NCBI GenBank assembly: GCA_019721075.1
Contig: JAHEAD010000004.1
Span: 62,001 to 126,000, forward strand
Direction of reading: 5' to 3'
DNA: 64,000 bases
DNA from: Candidatus Sysuiplasma jiujiangense
Lineage (GTDB): Archaea; Thermoplasmatota; Thermoplasmata; Sysuiplasmatales; Sysuiplasmataceae
The notes under the pieces are model-generated. The model was not told the DNA's origin and did not search any database. It saw only the letters and a list, made by a program, of their open reading frames with translations. Positions 38,520 through 46,782 of this stretch are shown in pieces. Numbering within the stretch: position 1 is the stretch's first letter; each line of letters begins with the position of its first letter. The position numbers and the translations under genes are program-made.

Positions 38520-39663
38520 CGTTCTCCCTTCTTGGCGAATAGATTTTGTGCGGTGCGTTTCTGCTGCCTGTTCTTTCTGCTGCTTTCAGCAGTGAATGCC
38601 GGAAAGGCACAAACCGGGACGGATTCAGCATCTGTCTGAACGACTGGAGCCGTGATGGCATTATATTCAGCTGCTCTCCCACTATCCTTCCGTGTGAAAG
38701 ACCTGCGGAATAGGCTCTCATCGGGTTGCGTGTCAGTCTGCTTGAAAGGCGGGAGGAACCGACAGCGCTTGAGGCGGATCTAATCCTGCCGGTCCTGGAG
38801 AGTGCTGAAGCAACAGGGGAGGATACCAGCCCCGATGCGTACGAAATGGCGCTTATTCCCAGAATTCCTGCCCCCGCTATAACCGTAGATGCAGCCGGAA
38901 GGCCAAACTGCTGCATGATTCTCGAGCCTGCAGGCGATAAAATAAAAGGAATCATCAGTGGGAGAAGATAGGTCCCGCCGATTACAAGCTGGCTGGACTG
39001 CAGCGAATTCATTGTGGTGTATGAAACAGCAATGCCGATCTTGAATGCTACCCCTATGAAGAATGGAAGAAAAGCCATTTCAGCAAACAGCTGTATGATC
39101 TTTTCGGCGAATCCCCTGGTCCAGTCGACAGTATAGCATAGCGCGATCAGAGGCATCAGTGCTGCGGTGAAGAATACTATCAGCGTTCTCATTACGAGAA
39201 CAAGGTAAAGCAGTCCTGCGATTATTGTGAGAAGTATCAGCGTAAGAAGGCTGTACCCGCCCAGTTTTTCAACTACCATGTGTGAATAGGTGGAAAGGCT
39301 GGCATATGGCATTACGGCCGAGGTCATAGCATCGTTGACATCAAGGACCAGCTGGCACATGAAGAGAGTAAACGGCATCAGAATAACTGCCATCACAAAA
39401 AGCGGAATTGATCGCTGGTCCCATCTTGCAAATCTGATGTTCCTCCCTGACATGTATGAGTAGGCAATTGCAATAAGAAAAATCGACGAAAGGGTGTAAG
39501 CAACCAGCAGAACGGACCGCCATGTGTCGTACACACCCTCACTGAACAGCGAGGTGCTCACTGAAAGGGCCGGCACTATGGCCTGGAGGAGCGCTGTCAG
39601 ACTTGCCGTAAACATTCCCTGGAAGAGTGATACAATCCCTGAAAATATGGATGCCAAGTGCAA
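38512..39663 (-). CDS. VirB6/TrbL/CedA-like polytopic membrane protein
   Basis: About 6-7 TM segments, V..T.....MP.......Y..W pattern (RTLIVFFTAALMPLIALCYTVDWT), basic C-terminal tail; lies between pilin and PrgI-like genes. Confidence 0.65.
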   Translation of the reverse strand: MHLASIFSGIVSLFQGMFTASLTALLQAIVPALSVSTSLFSEGVYDTWRSVLLVAYTLSSIFLIAIAYSYMSGRNIRFARWDQRSIPLFVMAVILMPFTLFMCQLVLDVNDAMTSAVMPYASLSTYSHMVVEKLGGYSLLTLILLTIIAGLLYLVLVMRTLIVFFTAALMPLIALCYTVDWTRGFAEKIIQLFAEMAFLPFFIGVAFKIGIAVSYTTMNSLQSSQLVIGGTYLLPLMIPFILSPAGSRIMQQFGLPAASTVIAGAGILGISAISYASGLVSSPVASALSRTGRIRSASSAVGSSRLSSRLTRNPMRAYSAGLSHGRIVGEQLNIMPSRLQSFRQMLNPSRFVPFRHSLLKAAERTGSRNAPHKIYSPRRENDD

Positions 39664-39771
39664 CTACCCCATCATTTTCCTTTCTATGAAGCTGATAATT
39701 TTTGCGACGAAAACCGCAAGGACTATACCGGTGATTGAATAGACACCGCTCTGAAAGGCTGTTATGTACAT
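39664..39771 (-). CDS. 35-aa single-TM micro-protein
   Basis: MYITAFQSGVYSITGIVLAVFVAKIISFIERKMMG; ATG 2 nt after the pilin stop; its TAG abuts the next TTG start. Confidence 0.55.
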   Translation of the reverse strand: MYITAFQSGVYSITGIVLAVFVAKIISFIERKMMG

Positions 39772-39773
39772 TG

Positions 39774-40121
39774 TCACGCGACCAGTGATTGTGCCAGGGC
39801 AACAAGAAACGATGAAGCGAAAAGAAGGAATATGCCGAATGTCACGTCCACGAAATATTTCCTGGCTCTGTATCTCTGCTCGGGATTGCCGTTGCTGAGC
39901 ATCCACATGTAGGCTGTAATCACGTAGCCTATGGCCGCGACAACGGTTCCCACTGCTATTAGCAGATTTCGCACGTTGTCGAGTGTGCTGACAAGTTCCT
40001 GCTGCGGACTTGTGGCTGCCAGTGCCGTTCCGCTGACCGTGAAAATAGTTCCGCCGATCAGGCACACAAAAAACAGTAACATCGCTTTCGTTTGTGTTTT
40101 CGTATGATTTGGTTTGCTCAA
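39774..40121 (-). CDS. VirB2/TrbC-like T4SS pilin (CedA1/TedC-like)
   Basis: Signal-like N-terminus ending ALAA, two hydrophobic helices joined by GNPEQRYRARK; SD GGTGA upstream of TTG. Confidence 0.7.
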   Translation of the reverse strand: MSKPNHTKTQTKAMLLFFVCLIGGTIFTVSGTALAATSPQQELVSTLDNVRNLLIAVGTVVAAIGYVITAYMWMLSNGNPEQRYRARKYFVDVTFGIFLLFASSFLVALAQSLVA

Positions 40122-40149
40122 TCAATCACCAACCGACATCATGATTGAA

Positions 40150-40205
40150 GGGTTATTTAAAAATTATTATATATTTTATATATTTTTAATAATATTCAAT
40201 TATTT
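40150..40205 (-). promoter_or_regulatory. AT-only promoter/operator region upstream of the pilin operon
   Basis: TTATTTAAAAATTATTATATATTTTATATATTTTTAATAATA: tandem TATATATTT x2 and imperfect dyad symmetry. Confidence 0.5.
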
Positions 40206-40661
40206 TCTTCCTGCCTCCATATGCTGAAGCACAAAGATGAGCCCTGATTCGAACCCTCTCTGGAAATCACTTTTTTCCGCGTCAGGCTTCTTCCAGAGGT
40301 TAAGCAGTTCGCTTCTTACCTGGGCGAGAATGTCGTAGTCCCCGAGCTCCTGTTTTGGCCCGCGCAGCACAGAGTTAATCACTTCGCTTATGCTTACCCT
40401 GCACTTCTTTTCCCTTTCTTCCATCTCCCTTCTCATCTTGATGAGCATATTCCATGCGGCCTGATCAAAATCGACCAGCCGCCTGTATTTTGCTTCACCG
40501 CCGATCTCCATTTCCGATTCTGCCCCTGAAGAATAATCACCGGGTGGGTTTGCACGCATGCTGTTTGAATGTCGGCAGCAACTTATGAATTGAACTGTTA
40601 CATGTAACAGTTTAACATTGCCTGATGATATGCGGGATAACTGCCGATATACTAAATACAC
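40200..40661 (-). CDS. Hypothetical protein with ribbon-helix-helix-like segment (true start probably downstream, near 40510-40560)
   Basis: RRLVDFDQAAWNMLIKMR...RVSISEVINSVL fits a strand-helix-helix RHH pattern. Confidence 0.5.
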   Translation of the reverse strand: MYLVYRQLSRISSGNVKLLHVTVQFISCCRHSNSMRANPPGDYSSGAESEMEIGGEAKYRRLVDFDQAAWNMLIKMRREMEEREKKCRVSISEVINSVLRGPKQELGDYDILAQVRSELLNLWKKPDAEKSDFQRGFESGLIFVLQHMEAGRK

Positions 40662-40693
40662 GGGACAGCAATATTGTCGGCAGGCTGTTTGAA

Positions 40694-40885
40694 ATGAAGT
40701 GCAAGGACTGCGAAAAATGGTACGGCGCCGAGGATGATGGTTTTGGTCCCTGCAGCATCAAGAATGCAAGGGGAGATGCGAAATACATCACTTTCGGTAT
40801 GCATCGGTGCGATGAGATTTACAAAGATCTTGATGATGAAGACGACTCTGCCCGGAGAAAATCGGATACCGCGTGTTCCGGGTAG
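40694..40885 (+). CDS. Small Cys-rich putative metal-binding protein
   Basis: MKCKDCEKW...GPC...HRCD, acidic tail. Confidence 0.55.
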   Translation: MKCKDCEKWYGAEDDGFGPCSIKNARGDAKYITFGMHRCDEIYKDLDDEDDSARRKSDTACSG

Positions 40886-40920
40886 TTGTCAGACAGAAGT
40901 CGTGAAAACAGGTTTTCACA

Positions 40921-41766
40921 ATGGACATTTCATTCAGGAGAATGGGAAGCGAAGATATTCCGTTTGTTCTGTCGGTCACGGTGGAGGAGCAGTGGTATCT
41001 GACAGAAAAGGACATTTCCTTCTACACCGGCAACAAAAGCGCGCTTGGTACCGTTGCTGAAATCGAAGGTATTCCGGTCGGGGCAGCAACCGCGGTCATT
41101 TATGGAAGGTCTGCCTGGATAGGGAACGTTATCGTGAAACCAGAAATGAGAAATATCGGACTTGGAAGACGGCTTGTTGACAGTCATATGCTCGCACTGA
41201 GGGAGAATGGAGTGGAGGAATTCATGCTTTACGCATACGATCGCAGTAAATCACTCTATGAACGCATGAATTTCGTCTTTGATGCAGTCTTCTGGGAACT
41301 GGCGCTGCAGCCCGATGCCACGGGCAGAAGGAGTATAAGCAAAAACGTTGCATTCGGGTACAGCGACGAAATAGGCATTTTCGACGGCAGGTATTTTAGA
41401 AACTCCCGGTCGGAGGTGCTAAGATTTGCCTCATCCAGGCCAGGTTCCGGTGCCATGACACACCGTAACAGGAACGGCGAGATTGACGGCTATCTGCTCT
41501 TCAGCCGTGTTGACGACAGTTATGGAACGGAACTGGCGCCATTTATATGCACAGCCGATGCATTGGCTGATATGATGTCATCGATAGGGATTGAAGGCGG
41601 GATATTCCATGTCTATGTGCCGCAGCAGAATCTGCGACTTATTGACGATCTCAGGCTGCGCTATTCAATGGTTCGACGTATTCACAGGGGTCATGTGGGT
41701 GAAGGTAAATTCCTGCCGATAATCAGCAGAGATGTCATTTCGCCGGGTTTCCTCGAAATGGGATAA
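40921..41766 (+). CDS. GNAT N-acetyltransferase, two-domain
   Basis: AWIGNVIVKPEMRNIGLGRRLV (AcCoA motif A), SLYERMNF; second degenerate domain D..YF...R....GY...LAPF. Confidence 0.85.
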   Translation: MDISFRRMGSEDIPFVLSVTVEEQWYLTEKDISFYTGNKSALGTVAEIEGIPVGAATAVIYGRSAWIGNVIVKPEMRNIGLGRRLVDSHMLALRENGVEEFMLYAYDRSKSLYERMNFVFDAVFWELALQPDATGRRSISKNVAFGYSDEIGIFDGRYFRNSRSEVLRFASSRPGSGAMTHRNRNGEIDGYLLFSRVDDSYGTELAPFICTADALADMMSSIGIEGGIFHVYVPQQNLRLIDDLRLRYSMVRRIHRGHVGEGKFLPIISRDVISPGFLEMG

Positions 41767-41876
41767 AACAGGCGGACACCCCGGTTTGACAGGATTCTCC
41801 AGTAAAGTTCTGCGGTAATGGTTTGATTAATGATTAATACGTTATCGCACTAGCGGGAAGAAGGGACATAACGGAA

Positions 41877-43085
41877 ATGACTGTCAGAATATTCAACACG
41901 CTTTCAGCAAAAGTGGAAGACATAAAAGGGAGAGGCCTGAACCCGTCACACATCAATATGTACATCTGCGGACCGACCGTTTATGACTCGCCGCATGTGG
42001 GACACAGCAGGAGTTATCTTTTCTTCGATGTGCTGAAGCGGGTGCTGATGCTCGACGGTTATACAGTATCACACATACAGAACTTTTCAGATGTTGACGA
42101 GAAGATAGACAGAAGGGCTCAAACCGAAAGGGTGGATCCTCTGCGGCTTGCCTTAAAATATTCTGATGAATTCATTTCGCAGATGGACATGCTCAACGTG
42201 ATCAGGCCGGAAAGATATGTCCGGGCTTCAGAATCCAGAGATATCATGCATAAAATCACCCTGAGTTTCATTCAGAAGGACTTCGTATACGAAGCTTCGG
42301 GAAATATGTATTTCAGGGCAATGAAAGGCGGCGGGTACGGCAGCCTTCTGCACAACAGGCTGGACAACCTGATATGCGGGAACGAGTCTGATAGCTACAC
42401 TTTTGTAAAGGAGAATAAGGAGGATTTTACCTTATGGCTCGGCAAATTCAGCAAGACGGACATTTCAGCCGGTCTGCCTTCCTGGAATCTGGAGTGCTTT
42501 TCCATGGTTCACAGGTTCTTCGGCTGCGAGCTGGATATTCAGGGCGGAGGAATGGACCTGATATTCCCTCATCACGAAGTTGCTTCCGTAATGTCCAAGG
42601 CCTACTGCAGTGTCGAATTTGCCAACTATTACGTCCATAACGCTTTTGTAACCAACAACAATGACAAGATGTCCAAATCAACAAAAAATTTTGTCTCTCT
42701 CCACTCACTTCTCGACGGCTACAGCCCCGACGCCATCAGGATGTACCTCCTGTCATCAAACTTCCGCACAAATATAGAATTCAGCTTCAGTTCCCTGAAG
42801 AGGTTCGAATCGCTCGCTTCCCTCCTGTCTGAAAGGGGAAGCAAATCCGGAGCAGGCGAGGGCGGAAGAGAAGTGAATGTGGATGAATCAAAACACGCAT
42901 CCGGACGCTGGATCAGATTTTTCGATTTGCTCAGAAACAATGTCGACACCGCGGATGCGCTGGGTGTTTTGACGGAAACTGCCGAATCCTATGGCTTCTC
43001 GGGAAGGAGCGGAAGAACCGATTTCAGGCTCATGTGTGCTGCACTTGGATTATTCGGCTACCGGCCGATAGCATCCGTCAACTGA
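41877..43085 (+). CDS. Cysteinyl-tRNA synthetase paralog lacking the C-terminal anticodon-binding region (MshC-like architecture)
   Basis: MYICGPTVYD..HVGH, QNFSDVD.K, PSWNLEC, DIQGGG.DL.FPHHE, KMSKS; ends at 402 aa just after the DALR-like helices. Confidence 0.8.
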   Translation: MTVRIFNTLSAKVEDIKGRGLNPSHINMYICGPTVYDSPHVGHSRSYLFFDVLKRVLMLDGYTVSHIQNFSDVDEKIDRRAQTERVDPLRLALKYSDEFISQMDMLNVIRPERYVRASESRDIMHKITLSFIQKDFVYEASGNMYFRAMKGGGYGSLLHNRLDNLICGNESDSYTFVKENKEDFTLWLGKFSKTDISAGLPSWNLECFSMVHRFFGCELDIQGGGMDLIFPHHEVASVMSKAYCSVEFANYYVHNAFVTNNNDKMSKSTKNFVSLHSLLDGYSPDAIRMYLLSSNFRTNIEFSFSSLKRFESLASLLSERGSKSGAGEGGREVNVDESKHASGRWIRFFDLLRNNVDTADALGVLTETAESYGFSGRSGRTDFRLMCAALGLFGYRPIASVN

Positions 43086-43133
43086 ATGAATCTGCTCAGG
43101 CAGCGCGTCCGGTCCGTGCTGCCCCTGTGGCGG

Positions 43134-43736
43134 CTATTCCCTGTTTGTTTCAGGATGCAGATGTACAGATTTCGCACCGGTTGTCCTTTCAATGAGTGCG
43201 AGATCCCGTGAATTCATTGCTTCCGGTTCGACACTCAGGTATAGCGCGGAGCCGCAGCTGTTAACTATGTCGCTTATCTGGTTTATGAACTTCAGCACGG
43301 TGTTGAAATCATTCTCGGCAATCAGGTACTCTATGCCGTCGATGAGCAGTCCGAACCTTTCGCCTGTTTCGGAAAGGTGTCTGACCATTGAAATGATTTT
43401 GCCGAGGGATCCGGGTGCGATTTTATTCTCTCCGACCAAATTTGTGAGCCAGTAGAACTGTGAACTCAATCCGGTGAAGGAGTCCCTGATCCTGTCCGGA
43501 AATGTCCTGCTTATCGAAATAAACTGAATTTCCGGTGAGAGGGAGCACTGGATGTAGTTTATTATGTCCTCGGAGCTTCCGCCCTTAATGACAAAGACTT
43601 CGCCTGCAGTGGAAACACAGCTGTCAAAACCGTTTTCACTGCCCTTAAGAGATATGCTCTCCATCCCGCATCCCTTTGCCGGAATTTGACTCATGTCAGA
43701 GTGCATTACTCGAATTCCCAGACACAATATAAGCAA
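43134..43736 (-). CDS. DUF835-domain protein (start probably downstream)
   Basis: ISR..P, YWLT, I.P..L, LIDGIEYLI.EN.F..VLKF...I.D. Confidence 0.75.
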   Translation of the reverse strand: MLILCLGIRVMHSDMSQIPAKGCGMESISLKGSENGFDSCVSTAGEVFVIKGGSSEDIINYIQCSLSPEIQFISISRTFPDRIRDSFTGLSSQFYWLTNLVGENKIAPGSLGKIISMVRHLSETGERFGLLIDGIEYLIAENDFNTVLKFINQISDIVNSCGSALYLSVEPEAMNSRDLALIERTTGAKSVHLHPETNRE

Positions 43737-43819
43737 TGTTCAGCATGGCTATCTGTATTGATAATATTGAGAAGAATATCCAGTCTACCGTTTTCTGGTG
43801 CCGGAGGGCCTGCACATGC

Positions 43820-45100
43820 TCATTTCCTGAAAAAGCTTACAGATGAGAACGGTATCTCAGGATGCATCATTTCAATCTCGAGCAGGCGGTTGTATTTCGC
43901 AACCCTTTCGCCCCTCGCGGGCGCACCGGTTTTTATCTGGCCCGCGCCGAGTCCGGTTGCCAGATCCGCTATGAAATCGTCCGGTGTCTCTCCTGAACGG
44001 TGGCTTACAACGGCGTTCATGCCAGAATGCATTGTCAGCTGCGCGCTCTCAATGGTTTCGCTTACCGTCCCTATCTGATTCAGCTTTATCAGCACCGCGT
44101 TTGTCGATTTTTTCTCAATTCCGGTCCTTATCCTTCCGGTATTGGTCACATAGAGGTCGTCACCGATGATCTGTATTTTCGAGCCAATCTTTCTGTTGAG
44201 TTCGGCAAACTCGTCGAATGCCTCTTCATCGAACGGATCCTCGATCGACGCTATTGGAAATTTCGAAATGAGCGACTGGTAATAGTCGATGAGTTGGGGA
44301 GGATCAAGCCTCAAGCCGTCTATGCTGTACGTCCCATTTTTGTAGAATTCGGAAGCTGCTGCGTCTATTGCAATGTGTATTTCGCTTCCTGCTGCATATC
44401 CTGCTTCCCCGATGGATTCAAGGATGGCCTCAACTGCCTCTGCTGTTTTTCCCACAGGCGGCACAAAACCTCCCTCATCCCCTATATTCGTCGCAAAAGG
44501 ACCGTATTTCTTCTTCAGATGACTTTTGAGCTGCTGATAAATCTCCGAAGCAGCCCTGAGCGCGTCGGAAAATCTGCTGAAACCTGACGGAACAATAAGA
44601 AATTCCTGTACGGCGAGTTCACCGCCCGCGTGAACGCCTCCGTTTATTATATTGAGCAATGGAACAGGAATGGCCGGCTTGGTTGCTGCTGTCTCGGAAA
44701 GGAACTTGTAAAGTTCAAGCCCGTTCGATTTAGACAGCAGCCTGGACAGTGCCATCGAAACACCGAGTATCGCGTTAGCGCCCAGTTTGGATTTGTTTGC
44801 GGTTCCGTCAAGTTCAATCATTCTTCTGTCACATTCTGCTATGCTGCCGAACGATCTGCCGGTCAGTGCGGATGCGATGGGGCCGTTCACGTTGCCCACC
44901 GCTTTCGTCACTCCCTTGCCGCCGAATTGTCTGCCGGCATCCCTGAGCTCAAGCGCCTCATGCTTTCCCGTGCTCGCGCCGGACGGAACAGATGCCACGC
45001 ATCTGTCTGTCACGCCAGACGCGAATACCTGCACGGTCGGATTGCCTCTCGAATCCAGTATCTGCCTTGCCCTAAGGTCTTTGACTTCAACATTTATCAT
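43820..45100 (-). CDS. eno: Enolase
   Basis: ILDSRGNPTV, VPSGASTG.HEALELRD, GDEGGF, SHRSGET, QIKTGAP.RGER. Confidence 0.97.
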   Translation of the reverse strand: MINVEVKDLRARQILDSRGNPTVQVFASGVTDRCVASVPSGASTGKHEALELRDAGRQFGGKGVTKAVGNVNGPIASALTGRSFGSIAECDRRMIELDGTANKSKLGANAILGVSMALSRLLSKSNGLELYKFLSETAATKPAIPVPLLNIINGGVHAGGELAVQEFLIVPSGFSRFSDALRAASEIYQQLKSHLKKKYGPFATNIGDEGGFVPPVGKTAEAVEAILESIGEAGYAAGSEIHIAIDAAASEFYKNGTYSIDGLRLDPPQLIDYYQSLISKFPIASIEDPFDEEAFDEFAELNRKIGSKIQIIGDDLYVTNTGRIRTGIEKKSTNAVLIKLNQIGTVSETIESAQLTMHSGMNAVVSHRSGETPDDFIADLATGLGAGQIKTGAPARGERVAKYNRLLEIEMMHPEIPFSSVSFFRK

Positions 45101-45149
45101 ATGATGCTGTCCCCTTCATTCAAGCATCCCTTTCTATGTCGATGCATGT

Positions 45150-45458
45150 CTATTTGCCTTTCATTGCCTTCTTCCTTCTCTCTTTGGAGGTGTATCCAGT
45201 TACACCTTCCAGGAACCTGTTGTACCTTGCAACGGTATCCGCGGCAACAGCATCGCTTACATCCCTGTTGCCCACGGTGTCCACGCACAGCTGCTTCTTC
45301 TCGTTAAGCCAGCATTCCAGCTTTGTAAGTGCACCGTAACTGGAAATAATGTGCCCGTCGCGTTCTTCCACTGGGCCAAACTCGTTTTTAGCTATTTCAG
45401 CAATTCTGCCGAGCGATATTTCGGATTTGATACTGCGTTTTATTTCATACTGCTGCAT
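45150..45458 (-). CDS. Conserved archaeal protein (DUF5611-like)
   Basis: MQ.Y.IKR, SYGAL, YN.FLE..TGYT.KER.KK. Confidence 0.7.
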   Translation of the reverse strand: MQQYEIKRSIKSEISLGRIAEIAKNEFGPVEERDGHIISSYGALTKLECWLNEKKQLCVDTVGNRDVSDAVAADTVARYNRFLEGVTGYTSKERRKKAMKGK

Positions 45459-45471
45459 TAGTCCTCACCTG

Positions 45472-46572
45472 CTATATGCTGAATCTGTAATCGGCCGCAG
45501 TAGTGTAATTCCCCAGGGCCGATATCGAGACTTCATTCCGCCATGTTTCCCTGCATCTGCAGTCAAGCACTTCAAGAGACGCACGATCCTGTTTGACCGA
45601 GAAATCGGCAATTGCGCTGAGAACTCTTTTGTCACACTTGCCGCAATTGTGAGCTCCCCGGACAGTTCCAGCCCCCGTCGGCTTGCTCATAAGCCGCACA
45701 CCGTCACCGTAACCGCTGTTGAGAACGGCGACAACGCTCCAGAGCCATGGCGGCCTGTATGCCCCTCTCTTCCAGAGAAGTTCGACCACTGTGTCCTTCT
45801 GTATATTTGTGGGATTTACCGAAATCGTATCAGCATAGGGTTTCACGTCCCTTATTGTCTGCGATGCATCCCGTATTGCATCAATTTCGGAAAGAAAGGG
45901 CGGCTTGAGCATGATGTATGCCTTGATCCTGAAACGATTACGGCGCGCAAGTTCCGCGGCCCTTGCAAAATGGCTGAAACAGGAAGGCTTATTTACTGAA
46001 TAATTGACCACAATATCATTGGAACTCTCCAGCCCGACGGCAAACATCAGCCTTTCACCGAACTCGCTCAGTTCATCAAGTGTTTTCTGCGTTATGTATT
46101 CATGTCTCGTTTCCACGACGATCTTCTCGAACCGCTGCGATGCATCAGAAAGAATTCTCCGTCTCAATTCGGTTGAAAGCTCAAATTTGTCGAGAAAACT
46201 CCCTGAAGTGTATATTTTGAGCACCTTCTGCTGCCTGAAGTTCTTCAGCCCGCTGACATACTGTTCCCAGACGCTTTCATCCGTTGCAAGTGATGAGGAC
46301 TCGTTGGTATAGCCGCACATGCTGCACCCTGACCGGAGCGCCCACGAGCATCCTTTCGTTGCAAGAATGAGGACCATTGCATCGCAAGCCTCACCATCGA
46401 GTACCTCTTCCTCTGTCCAGCATGAAACATATTCGTACGGGTTACGATCTCTCCTGGCTCTGGACCGTTCCCTGGTTCCCGCTTCCCTGATCTTTTTCAT
46501 CAGCGGCTGTGACAGTGACCAGTTTTGTCCCACCACTGTCGGAATGTTCATCGGCGTGGAATTAACAGCCAA
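45472..46572 (-). CDS. Radical SAM protein, RaSEA-like (archaeosine biosynthesis, TIGR01210-type)
   Basis: T.GCSW....GCSMCGY, KIYTSGSFLD, VETR, GLES, KAY..LKPPF, YRPPWLWS, RGAHNCG.CD. Confidence 0.82.
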   Translation of the reverse strand: MAVNSTPMNIPTVVGQNWSLSQPLMKKIREAGTRERSRARRDRNPYEYVSCWTEEEVLDGEACDAMVLILATKGCSWALRSGCSMCGYTNESSSLATDESVWEQYVSGLKNFRQQKVLKIYTSGSFLDKFELSTELRRRILSDASQRFEKIVVETRHEYITQKTLDELSEFGERLMFAVGLESSNDIVVNYSVNKPSCFSHFARAAELARRNRFRIKAYIMLKPPFLSEIDAIRDASQTIRDVKPYADTISVNPTNIQKDTVVELLWKRGAYRPPWLWSVVAVLNSGYGDGVRLMSKPTGAGTVRGAHNCGKCDKRVLSAIADFSVKQDRASLEVLDCRCRETWRNEVSISALGNYTTAADYRFSI

Positions 46573-46782
46573 TCGATTATAAACCTAACTGACAGCCAAT
46601 GCATGTTTCAAGTCCGGTGCCGGCGGTCAGTCCTTGGAGTGCAGCAACTGTTGTACTATGCAATCTTATGCAAGTTCCAAATCTGCCGTCAAATTTCCCT
46701 TTTTTGACGCCTGAGGCAAAAATAGACGCGCTTTGCTGTCATGGGAAACTTATTTACACAGATAGAAAATTGCAAGTTTCAG

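Noticed and set aside
39664..40125. 153-aa ORF overlapping the pilin gene on the same strand
   Set aside because: The N-terminal 118 aa are an alternative-frame shadow of the pilin; only the last 35 codons look real.
33732..40700. Calling the T4SS-like block an integrated plasmid/ICE
   Set aside because: No integrase, relaxase, rep gene, tRNA target or flanking direct repeats were visible by eye; not fully excluded without comparative genomics.
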